A stretch of DNA of 64,000 bases from an uncultured bacterium (GCA_963720265.1 CAVRET010000002.1:136704-200703), one strand, 5' to 3'. Counted from the stretch's first letter, positions 47,802-57,868 are shown. The notes: generated from the letters alone by a model not told the origin. Numbers and translations: made by a program.

Positions 47802-48665
47802 CTACTTCACGAGCTTAATCTGTCTCGCATAATGATCAATCCAAGCAGGCATCTTGGGCTCGGCCTCGTGAAAGATGTAGTGTTTGACCTGCCTGGTTAT
47901 CTCCCACTGGTAGGCAAATACTGCCCGGCACGACCGGACCATGCCTTCAACGTCAGTTGAGCCGTCTATTGATACGTCAATCCGTTCTGGCGATTCCTTA
48001 ATTACTGAAGCCAATTCGATGGGATCAGCATGGCTGCCGCCAGAGAAGAACGGGTATAACCGATCGTATAGCCGCACCATCGTCATAGTTTTCTTGCCGA
48101 TCCGATGATACTTCTGATTATAAAAATCAATAATCTCGCAACGTTGCTTCAGGCTGAAGCCTTTAGTGCGTGTGACCGGTGTCGTCTTGGCGGGGTTTAT
48201 CACTTCCGGGATTGCATCCGGCCACTTTGGGTAATCGAGAGCCACGGTACTCTCGATGTCTAGTAGCCGATTCTTGTGTTTAGCAAAATCCTCATCGGAC
48301 ACGTGTCCGTCACTATGGAGGACGGCCAACATCTCGATTCGCTTCCGCTCGCTGGTCATAATCATATATTTGGCATAGACCAATGACCTACAGCAGTAGA
48401 TTAATCGGACATTGATCCAGATCTCGAACAACGTTCGCGCTAAGGTGTAGCTAACACGAAATTGCTTGCTGTCGGCTAAACTGGTTATCCCTTGGACTTG
48501 GGCAATCGCCGAGATAAATAGTGTTAGTAAATAGCCATCTCGACCTAGCGAGTAGACATCGATCTTGGCCTGTTCCATCTCTTTGAGGAGTACAAACCCG
48601 TAGCCATGAAGTTCCTTGAGGGCGTGGATAGCTTCAACAAGTTCACGCTCAGCATCGGTTTGCAC
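47802..48665 (-). CDS. HEPN-like (DUF5677-type) protein
   Basis: L.RTLFE..IN; Y.FFSGGSH. Confidence 0.65.
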   Translation of the reverse strand: MQTDAERELVEAIHALKELHGYGFVLLKEMEQAKIDVYSLGRDGYLLTLFISAIAQVQGITSLADSKQFRVSYTLARTLFEIWINVRLIYCCRSLVYAKYMIMTSERKRIEMLAVLHSDGHVSDEDFAKHKNRLLDIESTVALDYPKWPDAIPEVINPAKTTPVTRTKGFSLKQRCEIIDFYNQKYHRIGKKTMTMVRLYDRLYPFFSGGSHADPIELASVIKESPERIDVSIDGSTDVEGMVRSCRAVFAYQWEITRQVKHYIFHEAEPKMPAWIDHYARQIKLVK

Positions 48666-48680
48666 GGCTCTGTCCCATCG

Positions 48681-50240
48681 CTAGTCTTTGGCCTTGGCGT
48701 CGGAGTCTGCCATCTCAATCAGGCGATCTGCGAAATGATTCCAGCTAATGTTATCTTCACCGACAGCGGTCTTTATCTTATTCGCCGTCGCGCGCAGTTG
48801 CTCCGGATCATCAGAGATCCATCCTAGCTTCTTAAGGAGCGCCACGGTCTGATCTTCCTGAGCCGCAGTCTTTTCGGCATATTGCTTTTCTGCCTCCTGC
48901 TCAGACCCGACTGGTGTCCACTCGGCGCCCACGCGGCTCACATGGCCAAACAGCCGCCATCGGCCAAGACCTTCTTTAAACACGGCAAAGTTAGGATTGG
49001 GATCAGCCAAGTATCCAGAGTACACCCACAGGATCACAAACTTTGCAAATAAGATCGTCTCGACATCCGGAAATAAGTCCTCAACAGTGGCCTGAACGGC
49101 CTGTTCGTTGATCTCGTTAGCATAGGCCCACAAATCCCGCACCCAAAAGAGGAACAGGTTGGCTACCGTTTTGGTAATTACCGGCCTCTCGTCCACACTG
49201 GCAACGGTTACCCGCCACTCGGCGGGGATCGCGTCCTTCAGCACATAACTGCTATCACCAGCCTTAAAGAATAGTGCCCGCATACCAGGCATCAGCAATT
49301 GGCCGATGCGGCCATCCTGGACCTTAGATAGTGGTATGGCTAACAAAACCTCACGTACGGCTTCGTCGTAGTTGTCTTCGGTAGTAAACCGTTCAATCAC
49401 AACCCGGACTACTTGGGTGGCGTGTACAAGATTACCGCCGGCATAGAATCGCTTATCAGCAAACAGCTTCTTCAGTCCACCGTCGTTCCAGCTGGCCCAG
49501 AGCGTGATTGCGTCGCACTTGCGCAAGAAGTTATACAGGATAACCCAGAATGTGTGCCTGGCCACGCCCGACTTCTTGTCCTCAGTTAGCGCCGTCATTG
49601 CCCAAGATAAGAGCTGCTTAAGCGTAGAATCTTCATCTAGCTGCAATGTCCACGGTCTAGACTCGGCTACGGAAGTGCCGTCTGACTTGGCATCGGAACT
49701 GGCAATCGTAGCGGTTACAAGCTCGCCCATGATGTCCCGTTCCGGCAATGCCGTTCCCGCGGGGCGTAGAGCTTTAAGATCGTAAACGTATATCGGCTTC
49801 TTATAGAACGATACCCAGATCACATAACCAAGAAGCCACAGCCCAAATATCAGATCTGCGTAGAAGAGTGCCGTGTGACGGCTGAAGAGCGGCAGGATGC
49901 ATGTCCCAAACAGAAAGACCACCAGGTTGCCAACTGGCTCATGGAGATACCGAAGGCGGTTCTCTCGAACCCACTCGTCGTCGAGAGGCGTCCGTTTAGC
50001 CAAATTGTGGGTCGCAAATTGCTGTCTCCAGATCTCAATGGCGATTGGGATGAACACGGCCATCACTGCCGTCGCCAACGCCAAGTAATCCACGATCTGG
50101 TCGGTGCCGATCTCAAAATGGTAACAGCCAGCACTGCCACAAACGGCCCGCCCAAACTGAACCATTAATGTATACAGAGCTACATCTGCAATCAGGGCTA
50201 GGAGCCACAAATACGGCCGCCTTTCTGGTTTCCGTTTCAT
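48681..50240 (-). CDS. Membrane protein with large helical C-terminal domain
   Basis: About 4 N-terminal TMs, 519 aa. Confidence 0.65.
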   Translation of the reverse strand: MKRKPERRPYLWLLALIADVALYTLMVQFGRAVCGSAGCYHFEIGTDQIVDYLALATAVMAVFIPIAIEIWRQQFATHNLAKRTPLDDEWVRENRLRYLHEPVGNLVVFLFGTCILPLFSRHTALFYADLIFGLWLLGYVIWVSFYKKPIYVYDLKALRPAGTALPERDIMGELVTATIASSDAKSDGTSVAESRPWTLQLDEDSTLKQLLSWAMTALTEDKKSGVARHTFWVILYNFLRKCDAITLWASWNDGGLKKLFADKRFYAGGNLVHATQVVRVVIERFTTEDNYDEAVREVLLAIPLSKVQDGRIGQLLMPGMRALFFKAGDSSYVLKDAIPAEWRVTVASVDERPVITKTVANLFLFWVRDLWAYANEINEQAVQATVEDLFPDVETILFAKFVILWVYSGYLADPNPNFAVFKEGLGRWRLFGHVSRVGAEWTPVGSEQEAEKQYAEKTAAQEDQTVALLKKLGWISDDPEQLRATANKIKTAVGEDNISWNHFADRLIEMADSDAKAKD

Positions 50241-50300
50241 GCTTCCAGACTAGCACAATGAATCCTATCTGGTAACAGATAGCGATTAATTCAAGAGGCT

Positions 50301-50573
50301 TTAGCCCATAAAGCCAGCATCACGCAACCGCTTCGCCACAGTTTCGCGGTCAATACCAAACTGAAGCGCCAGAGTGTACGGAGCAATGCCGGACCGATAT
50401 GCCGCGATCAACTTATCCATATCCAGGTTCAGCAGCGCTGGGGAGCGTAGTGGCTTGCGCTTCGTGCCCTGTGTGACACAGCTCGCCGCCGTCAGTGCTG
50501 AAAGATCGTGGTGTAAGTGCTGGAGGCTCTCAAGCCTTAAATCCTCCTGAAGCTGACAGATCAGGCGCACCAA
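50301..50573 (-). other. Detached LSR C-terminal segment with HTH (in frame on excised circle)
   Basis: Starts TTG GTG at the att core; ends LIAAYRSG..YTLA.QFGIDRETV.KRL. Confidence 0.65.
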
Positions 50574-50578
50574 AAATT

Positions 50579-51172
50579 ATGAAGACCAGATTTTTACTCC
50601 ACGGCGGCAGGGTCAAACTTTCCGACGAGCGCAACGACCGGTTCTTTCGCGAGCTGGTGAAAGATCTTGCCGACGGTGACCAGGTGTTGTCGATCGGCTT
50701 TGCCCAACGCGACGAGACCGTCCGGCAGAAATACTTCGAACGGGACAAGGGCTTTCTTTTAGCGCAAACCAAAGCCGACATTAATGTTATCAATGCCACG
50801 TACGACGACTTTATTGAGCAAATTGGAGCCTCCAAGTCCGTCTACATCACCGGAGGAGACTGCCCAGAACTCGTAAAAAACATCCAGCGCTACCAAGATT
50901 TCGATTCTCTCCTGCGCGGCAAGGTAATTGGCGGAACTTCGGCCGGGGCATGTTTATTCGCAGCCTATTACCTAAATCTTCCCGAGCCCGAGGTCATGTC
51001 GGGCTTAAGCGTATTCCCAATCCGACTCATGGTCCATTATGGCAACTCTGAATTCAACTCAACAGACAAGACATTACAGGTTTTGCAGCATGCCCACCCT
51101 GAGCTAGAACTGCTTCGCCTTCGTGAGTGCGAAAGACACCCCCACGGAGCAAGCTCCGTGGTTGTCACTTAG
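50579..51172 (+). CDS. Peptidase S51/class I GATase-like protein; C-terminus replaced by IS
   Basis: YITGGD, GTSAGA, VHY. Confidence 0.8.
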   Translation: MKTRFLLHGGRVKLSDERNDRFFRELVKDLADGDQVLSIGFAQRDETVRQKYFERDKGFLLAQTKADINVINATYDDFIEQIGASKSVYITGGDCPELVKNIQRYQDFDSLLRGKVIGGTSAGACLFAAYYLNLPEPEVMSGLSVFPIRLMVHYGNSEFNSTDKTLQVLQHAHPELELLRLRECERHPHGASSVVVT

Positions 51173-51718
51173 GGCACCAGCTTCAGTTGGTACGATTTGG
51201 CCTGAGTGGGTCGGTGCTTACCTTGTTGCTCAACATACGTCTTTATAACTCCTTCCAACGGACCGTCAGAGACGGTCCTAATGTAATAGCCGACACTCCA
51301 CATCGCACCGCCCCACAAGAACTGTTTGACTTCGGGAAACTGGACAAACAAGGCCCGTGCGCTCTTGCTTTTTAAGATCTGTACCAACTTCTCTGGCGCG
51401 ATTTTTGGATGAGCACCTATAAATACATGGACATGGTCGTCATCGGTGCCAACAGCTTCCAGCTCCCAGTCGTAAGCCTGGGCTATCTCGACAAGCACCC
51501 GCTTTAAGTATTGGCTGCGGTTGGCTAGCAGTACCTTGCGTCGAAGTTTGACACCCCATACCAAATGGTACCGAATCTGATACCGACAGTGGGCACCGAT
51601 TTGAACGTCCATACCACCATTGTGCTAATGAAAGACTGCTGTGTCCACCAGAGGCGGACAGGTGCTCGCCGGCGCTATCCCTCCCCGGAGCAAGCTCCGG
51701 GGTTCCTCGCGGGGTTAA
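51134..51718. mobile_element. IS200-type element, tnpA only
   Basis: Hairpins CCACGGAGCAAGCTCCGTGG and CCCCGGAGCAAGCTCCGGGG; removal restores host reading frame. Confidence 0.85.
51169..51612 (-). CDS. tnpA: IS200 Y1 (HUH) transposase
   Basis: YHLVW, DHVHV, KSKSA, WSVGYY, YVEQQ. Confidence 0.92.
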   Translation of the reverse strand: MDVQIGAHCRYQIRYHLVWGVKLRRKVLLANRSQYLKRVLVEIAQAYDWELEAVGTDDDHVHVFIGAHPKIAPEKLVQILKSKSARALFVQFPEVKQFLWGGAMWSVGYYIRTVSDGPLEGVIKTYVEQQGKHRPTQAKSYQLKLVP

Positions 51719-51764
51719 TGGATCGAAAAAACCGCCGAGATATAAGACCAACTATCTTGATGAA

Positions 51765-52406
51765 CTATTGCTGTTGCTTGTGCTTCGGATACCAATTCTT
51801 GGTATATGCCACTTCGGTAATCGCGGTTTCGTAGTCCACGATCTCCTCCGGCTTAAACCAAAGCGCGATCTCGCGCTGGGCGTTTTCCGGGCTGTCGCTG
51901 CCGTGAATGATGTTCTTGACTGCCCAATCGCCGGCGTCTGACACTTCATACGATTCCAAGCTGTAATCAAATCCGAGCGTGCCCACCTCGGCCTGCAACG
52001 GGTTGGTAGTCCCACGCAATTTGCGCACCACTTCAATGACGTGCGCGCCCTCAAGCACCATCACCACTACCGGCCCAGCCGTCAGTGTCTCCATGAGCTT
52101 GCGCCTGGTATTAAGCGCCAAATCGCGCGGCTCCATGGGCGGCTCGATGCCACGGTCAACATAACCATCGTATGTCCGCTGGCCGGACGATTCCAGCCAT
52201 TCTTCGGTCACTACATAGTGTTCGCCAGCCAGCTCGTCGGACGGCCACACAAGCTTCAGCGCCGCAATTTTGAGCCCTTTGCGCTCAAACCGTGTCAGCA
52301 CCTCGCCCACGAGGTGTCTGGCAACCGCATCCGGCTTAATAATAACGAGACTCCGCTCGTGCTGCAGCTCCTGCAGCCGTCGTTCATCTGGTTCCATAAA
52401 TTTCAT
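51765..52406 (-). CDS. ndk: Nucleoside-diphosphate kinase
   Basis: ERSLVIIKPDAV, GTTNP, NIIHGSDS. Confidence 0.93.
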   Translation of the reverse strand: MKFMEPDERRLQELQHERSLVIIKPDAVARHLVGEVLTRFERKGLKIAALKLVWPSDELAGEHYVVTEEWLESSGQRTYDGYVDRGIEPPMEPRDLALNTRRKLMETLTAGPVVVMVLEGAHVIEVVRKLRGTTNPLQAEVGTLGFDYSLESYEVSDAGDWAVKNIIHGSDSPENAQREIALWFKPEEIVDYETAITEVAYTKNWYPKHKQQQ

Positions 52407-53671
52407 GAGTGTTCTTTCACCATTATTTTATCTTCAAAGTGATGTGCCAAACCGGCTGGATGGGGCGTAATCACCGCCAGTCGCAGACCCGCCGGCGCAA
52501 GCATATCCCCAGCCACGCGCTGGACGTCAGCCACGGTCACGGCTTCAATACCGGCGATGGTTTCATCAATCGGTTTGACTCGGCCAAGCAAAACCATTTG
52601 CGTACCGATCCGGTCCGCAATCGACGCGTTGCTCTCCAGGCTCATCTCAAGCCCGGCACGCAATTGTTGCTTGGCCTTATGGAGTTCCGCCTCACTCACC
52701 GGCTGGGTGCGGATAAGATCAAGCTCGTGTAGCAACGAATCCAGCGCCTGCTCGGTCTTGTCGAGGTTAACACCTGCGTACGTTTCAAACAAGCCGGTAT
52801 CCACATATGAGTTAACGTCGGCATATACCGAGTACGCCAAGCCTTGACGCTCCCGCACGTTAGTAAACAACCGTGAACTCATTCCGCGGCCCAGTATTGC
52901 TGCCACCACCCGCGATGCCGGCTCCTCGGCCGCTTCATAGGAATAACCCCGTGACGCCACCATAATATGAGCCTGAGCCGTGGCTTTTGCCTGTGCCATT
53001 ACTAGGTTATCACTCACATCAGCCGTCACTGCCGGCGGCGCAGACTGTTTCAGCGGCTTCATATCGCCCAATGCCTTTCGTACTTGCCGCACTACCTGCT
53101 CATGTTCAACTGCACCGGCCACCGCTACGACCATATTATTCGGCCGGTAGTGGGCCTGCATATAGTGCATGACGTCAGCTCGTGGCAAGCGCCGCACCAC
53201 CTCCTCATTACCAATGATGTCCTTTCCCAAAGGATTATTCGGAAAGATAAGTTCCGGTATAAACGTCCCGATGAACCTAGATGGGTCGTCACGAAAGACG
53301 TTCATTTCTTCCACGATCACTCCTCTCTCCCGGTCCAATTCCTCAGAGTCCAACAGCGGCGACTTCACCATGTCGCATAGGATATTGAGCGCCAACTCAC
53401 CGTGCCGTTCCGGCACCTTGATGTAAAACGAAGTTAAATCCTCGGCCGTGTAGGCATTATTGTAGCCACCGACCGCATCCACCGCCTCGGCGATGGCCTG
53501 GGCCGACGGGTATTTCTCTGAGCCCTTAAACAGCAGGTGCTCCAAAAAATGAGATACGCCGCCGTTGACATCAAAGTTCTCATACCGCGACCCACAACCG
53601 ATCACCACGTTGACTGTTAGGCTGCGCGCATCTGACAGGCTGGCAGTAACGATCCGCAAGCCGTTTTCCAA
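52403..53671 (-). CDS. M16 family zinc peptidase
   Basis: HFLEH, NAYT, SSRLF..VRE.QGLAY. Confidence 0.92.
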   Translation of the reverse strand: MENGLRIVTASLSDARSLTVNVVIGCGSRYENFDVNGGVSHFLEHLLFKGSEKYPSAQAIAEAVDAVGGYNNAYTAEDLTSFYIKVPERHGELALNILCDMVKSPLLDSEELDRERGVIVEEMNVFRDDPSRFIGTFIPELIFPNNPLGKDIIGNEEVVRRLPRADVMHYMQAHYRPNNMVVAVAGAVEHEQVVRQVRKALGDMKPLKQSAPPAVTADVSDNLVMAQAKATAQAHIMVASRGYSYEAAEEPASRVVAAILGRGMSSRLFTNVRERQGLAYSVYADVNSYVDTGLFETYAGVNLDKTEQALDSLLHELDLIRTQPVSEAELHKAKQQLRAGLEMSLESNASIADRIGTQMVLLGRVKPIDETIAGIEAVTVADVQRVAGDMLAPAGLRLAVITPHPAGLAHHFEDKIMVKEHS

Positions 53672-53678
53672 AGTTGTG

Positions 53679-54299
53679 TCACGTACTTTCAGTTCTATTC
53701 TCCCGGCGATGCCGAATAATGTGCCAGGCCAACAAGGCGGCTAGCCCCAATAATACTATCACGCCAATCTGCTTAATACTGTTATCAATGAGGTCCAGAT
53801 GGTCACCCAGTGCATAGCCCGCCGCAGTCAGCCCACCAATCCAAATCAGTTTACCAACCGCCGCCGATGCCACAAACCGCCCAAAATTCATGTCAGCTAG
53901 CCCTGCTGCATACCCAATAAACCCCTGAATCCCGGGTACAAACGCGCCCACCAGCACCAATGGGCCGCCGTATTTTTGCGACGCCCGGTGGGCTGATCGC
54001 AAATCGCGGGACGAAATCAATACGTACCGCCCATAGCGCTCCACCAGAGTGATACCACCGGAGCGGGCAATCACGTACGAAGCCACAGTACCGGCCATTT
54101 GCGCCACAAACACCACCGGCAGCAATACAAACGGACTGATCTTCCCTTCACGCACCGCTAGGCCGCCGATCGGCAGCAGCACTTCACCCAAGCCGGGCAC
54201 TCCAAGCCCATTCAAAAACACTCCGGCGGCGATGCCGACAACGTTAACATGACCGGCTACTGTGAGTGCAGTCGACGAAAAACTAGAGCCCTGCGACAT
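53679..54299 (-). CDS. DedA family membrane protein
   Basis: G.P..GE, FVPG, AG...M.FGRF. Confidence 0.85.
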   Translation of the reverse strand: MSQGSSFSSTALTVAGHVNVVGIAAGVFLNGLGVPGLGEVLLPIGGLAVREGKISPFVLLPVVFVAQMAGTVASYVIARSGGITLVERYGRYVLISSRDLRSAHRASQKYGGPLVLVGAFVPGIQGFIGYAAGLADMNFGRFVASAAVGKLIWIGGLTAAGYALGDHLDLIDNSIKQIGVIVLLGLAALLAWHIIRHRRENRTEST

Positions 54300-54313
54300 G
54301 AATCTATACTATA

Positions 54314-56218
54314 CTAGCCGCCGGTCTTGCGCACTTGTTCCGCCAACGCCTGGCCATGCAGACTGGTTGGGTCAAGCTCGAGGGCTCGTTCGGCCGCTGT
54401 TTTTGCACCGCTCACATTCCCTTCTGCCAGCTCAATCGTCCCTGCAAACGCCTCCAGGTTGGCCAGATTTGGCCGGACCGTTGTATCGAGATTGCGATTT
54501 GCGACCACAGCCGGCGGATAGAGCTTGAGCATTCGCTGAGCCGTTGCAACTGCCGCCTGCGGCCGACCCTGCTCTAGTTGTGCTGTGGCTAAATCCAGAG
54601 CATACTCAGGGTGATTATAGGGATCGAGTTGCAACGCGGTAGCAAACGCCGCCGCCGCACCGTTCCAGTTACCAGTCAGAGCCAACACTCGGCCCTCCAG
54701 CTGATAATGCTGGCCGTCATGTGGATCGAGCACTTCAGCCTGCCGCGCACGCGCGAGCGCCACCTTTACATCAGGCGCCTGGCTTTTACCTCCGGCCGCC
54801 GCCATGGCATACCACTCAATGCCCTCCGCGTCGACGTAGTCGGGATTATAAGCCACGCCCCGATGTGCAGCCGCGTAATCAAAAGCCGCCGCCGTGTAAT
54901 TGTTGGCAGCCTCTGCCGCCTTTCCGCGCGTCGCCCACACATCACTCTCGTACAGACTAATAACCGGCACCAGCACCGCCACAGCCACGGCCGGCCACCG
55001 CCACGAAGCAGTACCCCGAACCGACCACCACTGCCGGTACATAATGGCAGCTAGCATAGCCGCCAGCGCCAGCAAGGCCGGATAGGACGCATCAATATCA
55101 AAGCCAAAGTGTACCAATAACGCTGCCAAACCCAAACCGACCGGCAGCAGTTCCGGACTGCGCACAATTCCCTGCAGGCACCCGACACCGACCGTCAGCA
55201 GCACAGCCGCCAGCGCCACGGCACCCACGAAACCCAGCTCGGCTAACGTTTGAATATATATATTGTGGGCGTCGGTTGACGCGCTCTGCACCCGCTGCTG
55301 ATACTGGGGATGAACATCACCATAGGTTCCGGCTCCCACACCAACAATCGGATGTGACCACCACATTGCGAATGCGCTCGTCACGTAGTTCACCCGGTCA
55401 CGAACGCTCGTCGGCTCACCGCTCGCCACCTGCGCCAACCGAGAGCCTGGTATTAAACTCCAGCTGTGATGAGCAGTTACAGTACTCAAAGCCGAAAAGC
55501 CGATACTCAGTCCAAAACCAAGTACCAAGCTGCATAAAATTTTTATCCAAACACGCTTTAAATTCGTTATCAACAGATACAGCGCGATAGTGAACACTAA
55601 TATTATGAGAGCTGCCCGCGAGTCGGTAAGAAGGAATGTTGCGACCAATCCAGCCGTTGCTGCCAGCCATCCAGCCTCTCGCTTGCCGTCCTCTGACTTA
55701 CGCAGCCGATCAAGGCTAATCAGGATGGCCGGCACAATATAAGCCGCTGCTGGATTGGGCCAATAGAATGTCCCTGTGAATCTCGGGTAGGCGCTCGTTA
55801 GATACAGCCACATGCCCGCCACACTAAAGAGTCCGGCGCTTATTAAATACGCCCGTATCAGCCACTCGCGCCCGCGTGGTTCATCCGCCACAGCATATGC
55901 CAATCGAAACGTCAGCCCGGCCAACACCCAGGCTATGAGCCACACCGCCGTTGAGTAACGAGCCGCGCTCCACCAAAAACTAAGCGTTGCCCAACCAATG
56001 AGCGCCAGCCAGCTGACCGATAGCGCGCCCCAATGCAGGAGCCGGCTCTGTGGTTGTCGCCACACGAGCAGTGCCCCCAGGAGCAGCGCTCCCACGCTAA
56101 TGAGCTGTGCCACCGGCTCCTGGCCGCCAGTCAACCACGGCGCCGTTGCCACTGCTACGCACACCACCAAAGTGCCGACAATCAACGGCCGCATTGGCAC
56201 CACCGCACGCTCATTCAT
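54314..56218 (-). CDS. O-antigen ligase-like protein with TPR repeats
   Basis: R.TGTF..PN, T.SRA, GVG.G.Y, AHN.Y.Q..AELG; TPRs. Confidence 0.85.
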   Translation of the reverse strand: MNERAVVPMRPLIVGTLVVCVAVATAPWLTGGQEPVAQLISVGALLLGALLVWRQPQSRLLHWGALSVSWLALIGWATLSFWWSAARYSTAVWLIAWVLAGLTFRLAYAVADEPRGREWLIRAYLISAGLFSVAGMWLYLTSAYPRFTGTFYWPNPAAAYIVPAILISLDRLRKSEDGKREAGWLAATAGLVATFLLTDSRAALIILVFTIALYLLITNLKRVWIKILCSLVLGFGLSIGFSALSTVTAHHSWSLIPGSRLAQVASGEPTSVRDRVNYVTSAFAMWWSHPIVGVGAGTYGDVHPQYQQRVQSASTDAHNIYIQTLAELGFVGAVALAAVLLTVGVGCLQGIVRSPELLPVGLGLAALLVHFGFDIDASYPALLALAAMLAAIMYRQWWSVRGTASWRWPAVAVAVLVPVISLYESDVWATRGKAAEAANNYTAAAFDYAAAHRGVAYNPDYVDAEGIEWYAMAAAGGKSQAPDVKVALARARQAEVLDPHDGQHYQLEGRVLALTGNWNGAAAAFATALQLDPYNHPEYALDLATAQLEQGRPQAAVATAQRMLKLYPPAVVANRNLDTTVRPNLANLEAFAGTIELAEGNVSGAKTAAERALELDPTSLHGQALAEQVRKTGG

Positions 56219-56235
56219 GGCTTTATCTTAACAGA

Positions 56236-57726
56236 CTAGCCAGTCCAGTGAGACAACAGGATAGACAGGTCGATAATATTGACCACTCCGTCGGCATTCA
56301 GATCACTTGAGTTGGCGCCAGTCTTCCCCCAGTTGCTCAGCAGTTGCGACAAGTCGTAGATGTTAACCTTGCCGTCGCCGTTTAAGTCCCCGGCCGTGCT
56401 CACCGTCACGTTCGTGGCCGTCGATTGCGATGAAACATTACCGGCCGCGTCCTCGGCCGCCACCATGTAAGCGTACGACCCTACAGTCACATTTGCATCA
56501 GTGAAGGCTGTGGTTGCAACAGTCGCGACCTGCGTACCACCGCGATACACCACATATCCAGTCACACCTACGTTATCAGTTGAGGCCGTCCACGAAAGTT
56601 GCACATTCTGGCCGCTCACCGTCGCGGTTACACCACTCGGCGTGCTCGGCGGCTGGGTGTCCGGCAACGTGCTAAGGCTTGCGGCACTCGATTGTGCCGA
56701 CACGTTGCCTGCCGCATCGTCCGCCGCCACCGTAAAGCTATAGTTCGTCCCCGGCACCAGCCCCGAACTGCTAAATGATGTGCTGGTGCTCGTACCCACC
56801 TGCGCGCCGTTGCGGTAAATCTTGTACCCGGCTACGCCTACGTTATCGGTTGAGGCCGTCCACCCAATGGTAATCGACGTCATCGTGCGCGATGTTAGCG
56901 TCGGCACTCCGGGCACGCTCGGCGCCGTTGTATCAGGCAGTGTAGTAAAGTTGGCCGATGTCGATTGCGCCGACACATTACCGGCCGCGTCATCAGCCGC
57001 CACCGCGTAAGTGTACGTCGTGGCGGGATTCAAGCCGGTATCGTGGTATGTCGTGCTGGTGCTCGTACCCACCTGCGCGCCGTTGCGGTAAATCTTGTAC
57101 CCGGCTACGCCTACGTTATCGGTTGAGGCCGTCCAGCTGAGGTCAATCGTGGTCACACTGTTGGTCGACATCGCAAGCCCAGTTGGTACGCTTGGGGGTG
57201 TCTGATCGGCCACAGTGAACGTTCCGGATGTCGTACCCACCAGCACGTTAGCCTGATCCGAAGCCCGCACCAAGGCCGAGCTTGAGGCAAACGCAATTGT
57301 CGCCTGCCCAATAGCAACCGTTTTGAACGTCAACACTGACACCACTTGGTCACCGGTCAGCGCCGTCTGGTTGCCGCGGCTAAGCGTCACCGTGCCGTTC
57401 CCGGCGGTATTAGCCGCCTGCACAGTAAACGGGCTGGTACTCGGATCAGAGCTGACGAACTGCAGCAAGTTGGACGGATACGTTAGATCAGCTTCAACCG
57501 CGTTCACAGCATCGGTACCGCTATTCTCATACACGGTTACCGTGAATGTCGAGCCCAGCGCGGTCGTCGAGCTCGACGGCGTCAAATACAGCGTGCCGCT
57601 GGCGGCAAAGATCCGCGATACCACATACGCGCCCACAGCCACGGTCAGCAATATGAGGGATGCGACCTGGTACGTCTGGATTGATGCTTTACGCTGTAAT
57701 AAGCCCAATCGTCTCTTTTTTGGCAC
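56236..57726 (-). CDS. Secreted cohesin + 3xFN3 + dockerin protein
   Basis: Signal/TM; cohesin-like domain; 3x WTASTDNVGV; GDLNGDGKVNIYDLS and DLNADGVVNIIDLS. Confidence 0.85.
   Translation of the reverse strand: MPKKRRLGLLQRKASIQTYQVASLILLTVAVGAYVVSRIFAASGTLYLTPSSSTTALGSTFTVTVYENSGTDAVNAVEADLTYPSNLLQFVSSDPSTSPFTVQAANTAGNGTVTLSRGNQTALTGDQVVSVLTFKTVAIGQATIAFASSSALVRASDQANVLVGTTSGTFTVADQTPPSVPTGLAMSTNSVTTIDLSWTASTDNVGVAGYKIYRNGAQVGTSTSTTYHDTGLNPATTYTYAVAADDAAGNVSAQSTSANFTTLPDTTAPSVPGVPTLTSRTMTSITIGWTASTDNVGVAGYKIYRNGAQVGTSTSTSFSSSGLVPGTNYSFTVAADDAAGNVSAQSSAASLSTLPDTQPPSTPSGVTATVSGQNVQLSWTASTDNVGVTGYVVYRGGTQVATVATTAFTDANVTVGSYAYMVAAEDAAGNVSSQSTATNVTVSTAGDLNGDGKVNIYDLSQLLSNWGKTGANSSDLNADGVVNIIDLSILLSHWTG
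56780..57135. repeat. 83-bp perfect direct repeat within FN3 repeats
   Basis: 56780-56862 identical to 57053-57135 (273-bp period). Confidence 0.85.
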
Positions 57727-57868
57727 CCAAAACGCCTATGCTTATGCACGAATATTACCACGAATAAGGCAAAACGTGCGAATTTCCGAGCACAATTTAC
57801 CCCTGCACAATACCGCTGGGCCAGCCGCGAAACATGCTATGGTGTAACCATAAAGTAAGCATGTAATC

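Larger units (their letters stand above)
42143..50573. mobile_element. LSR integrative element at tRNA-Arg(CCT) 3' end
   Basis: Direct repeat GCACCAA at 42143-42149 and 50567-50573 bracketing LSR, Rep-relax gene and cargo. Confidence 0.8.
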
